Source of the DNA: Sediminibacterium sp. | GTDB taxonomy: Bacteria > Bacteroidota > Bacteroidia > Chitinophagales > Chitinophagaceae | NCBI GenBank assembly: GCA_017537025.1 | Contig: JAFWCB010000005.1 | Coordinates: 586,104 to 650,103 of the forward strand | DNA: 64,000 bases | Direction: 5' to 3' | Part shown: piece by piece, positions 57,001 to 64,000 of the stretch | How the letters are laid out: every line of letters starts with the position of its first letter | Position numbering within the stretch: position 1 is the first letter of the stretch | Notes under the pieces: model-generated | Databases searched by the model: none | Told to the model about the DNA's origin: nothing | What the model saw: only the letters and a program-made list of their open reading frames with translations | Translations under genes and position numbers: made by a program

Positions 57001-58179
57001 ATGAAAAGAATACTACTTGTTTTAGGAATTCTCATTTTACTTGGCGTTGAAATAACAAGGGTCTATTTTATTATGCCCTTCCCAGGAAGCCAGCGTATTA
57101 ATAGCATCAATTATGCGTATTGGATAGCTCAGCACATAAATTGGATAAGGGTTATAGCTGCTATCTTGTTGGCTTGGCCGGTTATTGATATTCTCAAAAA
57201 TGCTAATCGCTGGGGCCGCATTGGTGTGGGGGCGGGTATGATTATTTACGCAGTTATTTTTTATATGCTGCATTATAAAATGGAAGCAGATGCCATGTTT
57301 TTACAACCCTCTCAAAAAATTCTTGCGAATAAATCAACAAATAAAGTACCTCTCTCCAAATTAGTAATAGGTGTGGTAATTAACGGGAAAGCGGTGGCTT
57401 ATCCTATTCAGTTTATTGGCTATCATCATCAGGTTGTAGATACTGTTGGAGGAGAACCTATTATAGCAACTTATTGTACCGTATGTAGAACTGGGCGTAT
57501 ATATAGTAGTGTTGTTGATGGTGTTCCCGAAAAATTTAGACTGGTGGGTATGGACCATTTCAATGCTATGTTTGAAGATGCGCGTACTAAAAGCTGGTGG
57601 CAACAGGCAACCGGTAAGGCTATTACGGGTAAACAGAAAGGGAAGCAGCTCATAGAGATGGCTTCTCAGCAAATGAGTTTAGCTAGTTGGTTAGAAAAAT
57701 ATCCCGAATCGCTTGTGATGCAAGCCGACCCTACTTTTAAAGAGAATTATGCAAAAATGGATAATTATGATAAGGGTTTATCGAAAGGAAATTTAACAAG
57801 GCGTGATAGCGGTTCTTGGAAAGACAAATCTTGGGTAGTGGGCATTGTGCATCAAAACACGGCTAAGGCATACGATTGGAATGCATTGATTAAGCAACAG
57901 ATCATCAACGATTCTCTTGGTTCGCTACCGATATTGATTACCCTTCAACCCGATAGTAGTTCATTCCATGCTTATAGCAGGGTATTAGGTAATACAACCT
58001 TACAATTTGAAATACTACCGAATAAAAAGCTACTGATTGATAAGAACACAGGCAGTACCTGGAATTTTTATGGAGAAGCCATTGCAGGTAGTTATCTGGG
58101 TAATAAACTTACATCTATAGCCGCCTACCAAGAGTTTTGGCATAGCTGGCAAACCTTTCATCCCAATACTTTGCGGTAG
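57001..58179 (+). CDS. DUF3179-like protein with N-terminal TM helices and CxxC motif
   Basis: KAVAYP...YHHQVVD...TYCTVCRTG, DARTKSWWQQATG, repeated in TGSTWNFYGEAI; EFWHSW. Confidence 0.75.
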   Translation: MKRILLVLGILILLGVEITRVYFIMPFPGSQRINSINYAYWIAQHINWIRVIAAILLAWPVIDILKNANRWGRIGVGAGMIIYAVIFYMLHYKMEADAMFLQPSQKILANKSTNKVPLSKLVIGVVINGKAVAYPIQFIGYHHQVVDTVGGEPIIATYCTVCRTGRIYSSVVDGVPEKFRLVGMDHFNAMFEDARTKSWWQQATGKAITGKQKGKQLIEMASQQMSLASWLEKYPESLVMQADPTFKENYAKMDNYDKGLSKGNLTRRDSGSWKDKSWVVGIVHQNTAKAYDWNALIKQQIINDSLGSLPILITLQPDSSSFHAYSRVLGNTTLQFEILPNKKLLIDKNTGSTWNFYGEAIAGSYLGNKLTSIAAYQEFWHSWQTFHPNTLR

Positions 58180-58794
58180 TTATAATGGTAAATCTAACAC
58201 CGTTTTCGGTGCTACTAAATGAATGGTTTGCAACCCCGCTTCTTTGGCACCCACAATATTTTTCTCCGTATCATCAATGAACAATGTTTCTGCCGGGTTT
58301 AATTGTTGTTCGGTTATAATGGCCTGATAGGATTCCACTAGTGGTTTTCTTAATCCTAATATTTGAGAGTAGTACGCTTTTATAAAATAGCTGTTGAAAT
58401 CTTTACCGCCAAAGGTTTTAGTAAAGTTAGCCATAAAAAAATTGTAATGGATCTGATTCGTGTTGGAGAATAAAAAAACCCTATATCTATTTTTTATTTC
58501 GTTTAACCAGGCAAGCCTCTCCGATGGAAAATCTAGTATTAAAGCATTCCAGGCATCCCGAATTTGCGCGTTTGTTAACTGTGTTTGTGTTTCTTTTCTA
58601 AATGCTTCATAGAAATCATCTTCCGCTATTTTACCCGTTTCTAAGTGTTCGAAAAGTGCATCAGCATGATGCTGATTAAAATAATCAGCAAAGCCGGCTA
58701 CCCCTAATTTTTCAAATGCTTCATTTGTTTTTTGAAAATCGATATTCAAAAAAACCCCTCCCAAATCGAAGATGATATTTTTTATATTTTCCAT
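58180..58794 (-). CDS. HAD-superfamily phosphatase (YihX-like)
   Basis: FDLGGV, FSNTN, RKP, FIDD motifs; start moved to ATG 58794. Confidence 0.9.
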   Translation of the reverse strand: MENIKNIIFDLGGVFLNIDFQKTNEAFEKLGVAGFADYFNQHHADALFEHLETGKIAEDDFYEAFRKETQTQLTNAQIRDAWNALILDFPSERLAWLNEIKNRYRVFLFSNTNQIHYNFFMANFTKTFGGKDFNSYFIKAYYSQILGLRKPLVESYQAIITEQQLNPAETLFIDDTEKNIVGAKEAGLQTIHLVAPKTVLDLPL

Positions 58795-58886
58795 ATTGTT
58801 GAACACGAAAATACGCGTTCGTCATTTTTATCGGCAAAAAAACAAATCATTGCTTTATATTGAGAATCTATTTAAATAACTGCGAT

Positions 58887-60452
58887 ATGAAAAAACCTGT
58901 TTTCACCATTCTATCAATTGCTATTGCTACAGCTATTTTTGCTCAACGTCCGCAAGGTGCCCCTATAAGCGCAGGCTCTGCAACAACAGCCACTCCTGCC
59001 GCTACGCCTGCACCTCAGGATGCTAAAGCTGCCGGTTATAATATTCCTTTTAATCCGGATGCGAGTTCTACCATTGAGCGCGAAGTAACGATCAAGGGTA
59101 ATAAAGTTCCGTATAAAGCAACCTCCGGCACGATGCCTGTTTGGGATAAGGATGGTAAAGTGGAAGCCGGTTTATTTTATGTGTATTATGAAAGAACTGA
59201 TATAAAAGATAAAGCTACAAGGCCTTTAGTAATATCCTTTAATGGTGGCCCCGGAACTGCTTCCGTATGGATGCATATCGGATATACCGGTCCGCGTTTA
59301 TTAAATATAGATGATGAAGGATACCCGGTACAGCCTTATGGGTTTAAAGATAATCCCCAATCAATACTAGATGTAGCCGATATTGTTTATGTAGATCCTG
59401 TAAACACCGGCTTTTCTCGCCCTATTAATAATACAATTCCCGGTTCACGCTTTTTTGGCGTTCGTGCCGATATTCAATATCTCGCAGAATGGATCAATAC
59501 TTTTGTGAGTAGAAATAATCGCTGGGCATCGCCTAAATACCTTATCGGCGAAAGCTATGGTACCACAAGGGTTTCAGGCCTCGCACTGGAATTGCAAAAC
59601 GCACATTGGATGTTTTTCAATGGCGTTATCTTAGTATCTCCAACTACCTTAGGTATTGAAAGAAGCCCACGTGAAGCTGCTGCTTTACGCTGGCCATATT
59701 TCGCCGCAACAGCTTGGTATCATAAAAAACTACCTGCCGATTTACAGCAAAAAAAATTAGCTGCTTTTTTACCGGAAGTAGAAGAATTTACAATCAATGA
59801 ATTATTACCGGCAATTAATAGGGGCTGGAATATCGATGCTGCAAAGAAAAAACAAGTGATTGCTAAAATGGCACGTTACTCGGGTATTTCAGAAAAAGTT
59901 ATCGATCAGAACAATATGGATGTTTCTACCAATTTATTTTGGAAAGAATTATTACGGGAAGAAGGATTTACCGTTGGTAGATTAGATTCTCGTTATAAAG
60001 GAATTGATAAAGAGAATGCCGGTGATGGCCCGGATTATAATTCTGAATTAGTTTCTTGGGAGCATTCCTTTACTCCTGCCATTAATATGTATCTACGGGA
60101 GGAATTGAAATATAAAACGGATTTACGTTATTATATATTCGGACCGGTTAACCCTTGGGATAGAACCGGAGATCGTACGGGCGACAATTTACGAACTGCT
60201 ATGGCCGAAAACCCTTTCTTACATGTATTAGTTCAGTCCGGTTATTTTGATGGTGCTTGCGATTATTTTAATGCCCAATATAATTTATGGCAGATGGATC
60301 CAAACGGTAGATTAAAAGATCGGATGCATTGGGAAGGTTATGAAAGCGGACATATGATGTACCTGCGTAAAGACGATTTAGAAACCAGTAATGAAAATTT
60401 GCGCAAGTTTATTAAGAAAACGATGACTAAAGGCCAGCCTGCAAAATACTAA
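58887..60452 (+). CDS. Secreted S10-family serine carboxypeptidase
   Basis: Signal peptide; FNGGPG, VDPVNTGFS, GESYG nucleophile, SGHMMY; start moved to 58887. Confidence 0.92.
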   Translation: MKKPVFTILSIAIATAIFAQRPQGAPISAGSATTATPAATPAPQDAKAAGYNIPFNPDASSTIEREVTIKGNKVPYKATSGTMPVWDKDGKVEAGLFYVYYERTDIKDKATRPLVISFNGGPGTASVWMHIGYTGPRLLNIDDEGYPVQPYGFKDNPQSILDVADIVYVDPVNTGFSRPINNTIPGSRFFGVRADIQYLAEWINTFVSRNNRWASPKYLIGESYGTTRVSGLALELQNAHWMFFNGVILVSPTTLGIERSPREAAALRWPYFAATAWYHKKLPADLQQKKLAAFLPEVEEFTINELLPAINRGWNIDAAKKKQVIAKMARYSGISEKVIDQNNMDVSTNLFWKELLREEGFTVGRLDSRYKGIDKENAGDGPDYNSELVSWEHSFTPAINMYLREELKYKTDLRYYIFGPVNPWDRTGDRTGDNLRTAMAENPFLHVLVQSGYFDGACDYFNAQYNLWQMDPNGRLKDRMHWEGYESGHMMYLRKDDLETSNENLRKFIKKTMTKGQPAKY

Positions 60453-61342
60453 GCTGCTTGTTGGGTGGCGCGAGCTATTTTCTTTTTAACCTTATTGATT
60501 ACTTTTTGAATCAATCGTCTGTAATTGCCTTTAGGCTTGTATCCACGCCAAGGGGTCATATCTAAGTATTCGAAGAAAATCTCTTTGTAAATAGGTTGCG
60601 AGTGATACGATTTGAAAATAGGCTTAATATCAAGAAAATGAATAAGCTTTGGTTGTACATCTTCTTGAAATGCAAACCAATTCCACAATGGGTCGAGTTG
60701 TAGCCATTTATTAGCAAACACTACATTAAAAGCATATTGATCAGCTAGCTTTACATGCTGTTGATATTTTACTAATACTTCGATAGCTTGCTTGGTAATA
60801 TTTTGCGCTCGCCATTTTTTTGGGTTTACAACCTGTACACCTGAATTAAAATAGGTTGTATCAGCTGTATAACCAAGCTCTGCATAATTAGGAACGCCAC
60901 CCCAAGCGCAGTCGAATGTTTTGCCAACATCTTGTACTGCGGCAATTGTATAGTCTCCTAAATCAGTATTCCATAATAATGAAATATCGTCTTGTACAAT
61001 GGTATCAACATCCAAGTAAATATATTTATCAAGTGTTTCATCTACCACATAAGGCGCAAAGAGGCGCATGTATGCTGTAATAGGGAAAGCTGAGGTATCG
61101 GCCGGAATTACTATTTCTTTGGGAACAATATCATCTCTTTTTCGCCATTTGAGTGTAATTTTTGAAGGATCGGGTATGGTATTGATTTTTCGAATACTCG
61201 ATTCGGCAATACCATCATTGATAATATAGAAATCTATGTGTTCCGGTGTTTTATGATTAATTTCAATCGACTTTAACAAAGCCGCAATTAAAATAGCGTA
61301 GTGATTATCGCTGGCAACAACGATGGTAATTTTATCATTCAT
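60449..61342 (-). CDS. Glycosyltransferase family 8
   Basis: YMRLF, YLDVD (DxD), YFNSGV, DQYAFN motifs. Confidence 0.9.
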   Translation of the reverse strand: MNDKITIVVASDNHYAILIAALLKSIEINHKTPEHIDFYIINDGIAESSIRKINTIPDPSKITLKWRKRDDIVPKEIVIPADTSAFPITAYMRLFAPYVVDETLDKYIYLDVDTIVQDDISLLWNTDLGDYTIAAVQDVGKTFDCAWGGVPNYAELGYTADTTYFNSGVQVVNPKKWRAQNITKQAIEVLVKYQQHVKLADQYAFNVVFANKWLQLDPLWNWFAFQEDVQPKLIHFLDIKPIFKSYHSQPIYKEIFFEYLDMTPWRGYKPKGNYRRLIQKVINKVKKKIARATQQAA

Positions 61343-61451
61343 GCGTAAGCGTTAAAACGCATAAAACGGCATAATTATTTTCTCTTGCATACTATTTTCT
61401 TATACTAAAAATGCAGGAATATTGATGGAAGCCATCTTATCATCACATAAA

Positions 61452-61481
61452 CAAAAACAGAGCCGCGAAGCCCTGTTTTTG
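61452..61481 (-). terminator. Intrinsic terminator downstream of susD
   Basis: - strand CAAAAACAGGGC-TTCGCG-GCTCTGTTTTTG. Confidence 0.7.
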
Positions 61482-61501
61482 ATATTATGATGCTGAAATC
61501 A

Positions 61502-63094
61502 TTATTTTATCAGCCACATTTTTGCGTTGAGATCATCCGCTCCGCCATATTGAGATTGAATAGCGGCTTGATAGTTACTGCTATTATAGTTAATTTCCGA
61601 TAAAGGATATTGCCAACGTAAAGGGATAGTATTACCAGGTGTTCCTACACCGGCACCGCCTTGTCCGAAAGCAGGTATACCCGTTCTTCTCCACTGATAA
61701 AAAGATTCATACCCCGAGTTCATCCAAAAGGCAAGAAATTTTTGATTTAAGATTTGTGTTAACCCTGCAGCATTTTCACCCGCATAAGCAACATTGGTTA
61801 AGAAAGTTGCTACGTCTAAAGTAACTGATCCTAAATTTGTATTTGTACCATCATAGTTTCCTATAGTAACCGACTTACCATCAGAAATGCCATATAATGA
61901 TAAGGAGGCATTAATTCCTGCAGCATACCATGAAGCACCAGTTACTCCGGGGATCCATCCTCTGTTAGCAGCTTCAGCGATATTAAAACATAATTCAGGA
62001 TAACCTAATAAAATATACGGCTCACAGTTTGCACCCGATGGAGACGACATATATCTATTATAGCTCATACAAGAGTATAAGCTATCCGCATTAAAGTTTG
62101 TCATCTGCGCTTGCGTTTTATTATTGTCTTGACCAATATATGCTGTAAAATCCGAGAGTTGTTTACCTCTTTTAATATAATAGAGGGCTGGTGTTGTTAA
62201 AACAAATGTTCTTGGGTCCCTATTTTGTGTTAATAGGTTCATGAAAGTTTGACTGATATTCGCACAGTTATTATAAGGTGCGTTACCTGTTCTATTGGGT
62301 GGGTACAGAGTAATTGTGGTGTATTTATAAGCTAAGTTATCTCCGTTTGAAGTCATGATAGGATACTTCGCGGTATTTGTAACGATAGCAGCAAATTGAG
62401 CAGGAATATTTAAGTCGGCGTTGTCTACTGCCCTTTTACTTAAGCTAATTAAAACCCTTAATTTAAAAGTATTAATCACTTTATGCCACTGTAAAAATGA
62501 TAAGCCATAAATATCTCCTGTTGCATCTACTTTATTACCTGCAGTAGACGGAGAATATAGATTACTCATAAGCATACTGGCAGTATCTAAAAGTGCCAAA
62601 CAATTTTTATAAACTGTTTTTTGCGCATCATACGCGGGGGTTAAGTTATTGGGGTCACCGGCTTGCGTCATGGGTATATCACCAACCCTTTGCGTTAACC
62701 AAATGTATGAGTATGCTTTAAAGAATTTGCTAAGTGCAAAATATACATTCGTTGTGTTACCAAACTGTTTTTGGGCTTGTTCTTCCAATTTCACACAAAA
62801 CTTTATTCTTGAATAAGGGTCGGAAGTATTAGACCAATTATACGCGTTACTTCCAAAATAATAAGAGTAGTTTGAAACAATATGTTGATTGTATCGATAT
62901 ACATTTGAAACAATGGGTTCTTCTTCCTGCAAAAGATTGGCTGTAATTTGGTTTAAAATAAGTGAAGCAGGCACAGTAGCCGACTCCGACACCACATTTG
63001 GGTTCGATAGTAAATCACCTTTTTGGCAACCGCTTAAAATAGCAGTACAAACAATTAATGTTGTAGCTATCAGCAATTTAAAATTATTTTTCAT
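61502..63094 (-). CDS. SusD/RagB-family nutrient-binding outer-membrane lipoprotein
   Basis: Lipobox LSGC, GDIPM, YDAQKTVY, E.A.RGW, WRRTG, RWQYP, MWLIK. Confidence 0.93.
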   Translation of the reverse strand: MKNNFKLLIATTLIVCTAILSGCQKGDLLSNPNVVSESATVPASLILNQITANLLQEEEPIVSNVYRYNQHIVSNYSYYFGSNAYNWSNTSDPYSRIKFCVKLEEQAQKQFGNTTNVYFALSKFFKAYSYIWLTQRVGDIPMTQAGDPNNLTPAYDAQKTVYKNCLALLDTASMLMSNLYSPSTAGNKVDATGDIYGLSFLQWHKVINTFKLRVLISLSKRAVDNADLNIPAQFAAIVTNTAKYPIMTSNGDNLAYKYTTITLYPPNRTGNAPYNNCANISQTFMNLLTQNRDPRTFVLTTPALYYIKRGKQLSDFTAYIGQDNNKTQAQMTNFNADSLYSCMSYNRYMSSPSGANCEPYILLGYPELCFNIAEAANRGWIPGVTGASWYAAGINASLSLYGISDGKSVTIGNYDGTNTNLGSVTLDVATFLTNVAYAGENAAGLTQILNQKFLAFWMNSGYESFYQWRRTGIPAFGQGGAGVGTPGNTIPLRWQYPLSEINYNSSNYQAAIQSQYGGADDLNAKMWLIK

Positions 63095-63111
63095 GATACA
63101 GTTATTTTAGT

Positions 63112-64000
63112 TTAGAATACTACATTAATATTAAATCCAAATCTTCTTCCGGTAGGGCTTTGCAATAATCCATTTGCACTCGTTCCACTCAAGCTTCTGT
63201 CGTAATCATTATAGCCTGAAGGAAACTGGTCTAAATCGAAGTCTTTACGTGCGGCCCAGTACAATAAGTTTCTACCTATCAGAGCAATAGAAACAGATTT
63301 GATAACTTTATTCTTTGCAAACATACTGGCGGGCAAGGTGTAGCCTAGGCTAATTTCACGCAACTTTACAAAGGAACGGTCGGTCATCCAATACTGGGTT
63401 ACGCCTGTTAAGCTACCGGTTACAAATGTTTGTACAGTAGTAGGAACATCATTAGGTGCAAATGTTAGAGCAGATAAGTTTGTGATTTGTCCGCCACTAA
63501 ATATGGGTGTGCCCGAAACAATTTTAACACCATTTGCAATATATTTTCCGGTTGGTGCCACTGTGCCTCCATTTGTAGTTTGCCATTCAGCAAGCCTTGC
63601 TGCACCAAAATCGCCACTCGCACTCTCAATAGCTGTTCCTCCATTCATTCCATCTTTATACACTTCATCCCAAATTACGCCACCAATTCTTCCATCGAGC
63701 TGAAAACTGAAAGTGAAATTTTTATAAGAAAATTTATTATTGATACCGAAATTGTAATCAGGGTTAGCATAACCAAGGAAGCTTAAGTTGTTAATATCCG
63801 AAGGTGGTGCCAATGCTAAGCCTCCTGAGAAAATTTTATTCCCTTGTCCATCATATACAAAGCCTCTTCCATAAATGGCATCCATTCTATCACCAACTTT
63901 ATAAGCATGGTTATTGATAACAAGTGAGCTCTCATTACCATAAATTTCTTTTAAAGTTTCCTTGTAGCGAGAATAGTTAAATGCGATATCCCAATTCAAT
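63112..64000 (-). CDS. SusC/RagA-family TonB-dependent outer-membrane transporter (3' part; truncated by window edge)
   Basis: GYANPDY.FG..N.F, DGRIGG, FVKLREISLGY, C-terminal aromatic residue (RRFGFNINVVF); upstream of susD. Confidence 0.92.
   Translation of the reverse strand, partial: LNWDIAFNYSRYKETLKEIYGNESSLVINNHAYKVGDRMDAIYGRGFVYDGQGNKIFSGGLALAPPSDINNLSFLGYANPDYNFGINNKFSYKNFTFSFQLDGRIGGVIWDEVYKDGMNGGTAIESASGDFGAARLAEWQTTNGGTVAPTGKYIANGVKIVSGTPIFSGGQITNLSALTFAPNDVPTTVQTFVTGSLTGVTQYWMTDRSFVKLREISLGYTLPASMFAKNKVIKSVSIALIGRNLLYWAARKDFDLDQFPSGYNDYDRSLSGTSANGLLQSPTGRRFGFNINVVF

Noticed and set aside
1-64000. tRNA, rRNA, prophage or integrase genes
   Set aside because: No T-loop/cloverleaf pattern or rRNA-like tract seen in the short intergenic regions, and no phage or recombinase ORFs; a tRNAscan/Infernal run would be definitive

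Overview
AT-rich bacterial chromosomal segment. Gene content and the recurring TAnnTTTG (-7) promoter motif indicate Bacteroidota, probably Chitinophagaceae (inference). About 56 densely packed CDSs, mostly housekeeping: birA / rsfS-ftsH-LUD-lpxH-mscS, selD, feoB, bcp, pdxH, recQ, kdsD-manC, a fabH-like gene, purF, surA, rimP-nusA-infB, and a SusC/SusD pair cut by the right edge. I found no rRNA, tRNA, CRISPR array, transposase or prophage gene. Highlights: (1) a CarB that stops at the half-way domain boundary, with no frameshifted continuation; (2) a GH18-CE4-GT2 fused polysaccharide synthase with its own canonical promoter; (3) an SDR-SDR-ACAD10/11-like-APH-kinase cluster resembling the lva / 4-hydroxyacyl-CoA pathway; (4) an uncharacterised three-gene insert between fabH and purF (papain-like Cys protein, PAS-LuxR regulator with an upstream palindrome, membrane domain fused to a P-loop ATPase); (5) a MarR-pirin-YceI-FMN reductase module with an exactly duplicated 16-bp palindrome-containing operator; (6) a MerR-type HTH protein with an N-terminal QLDLF clamp-like motif; (7) REP-like elements and 7-bp-periodic intergenic arrays; (8) several probable leaderless mRNAs. 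All calls come from reading motifs by eye; no database searches were run. Some starts were moved from the ORF track where a better-supported start codon is evident.
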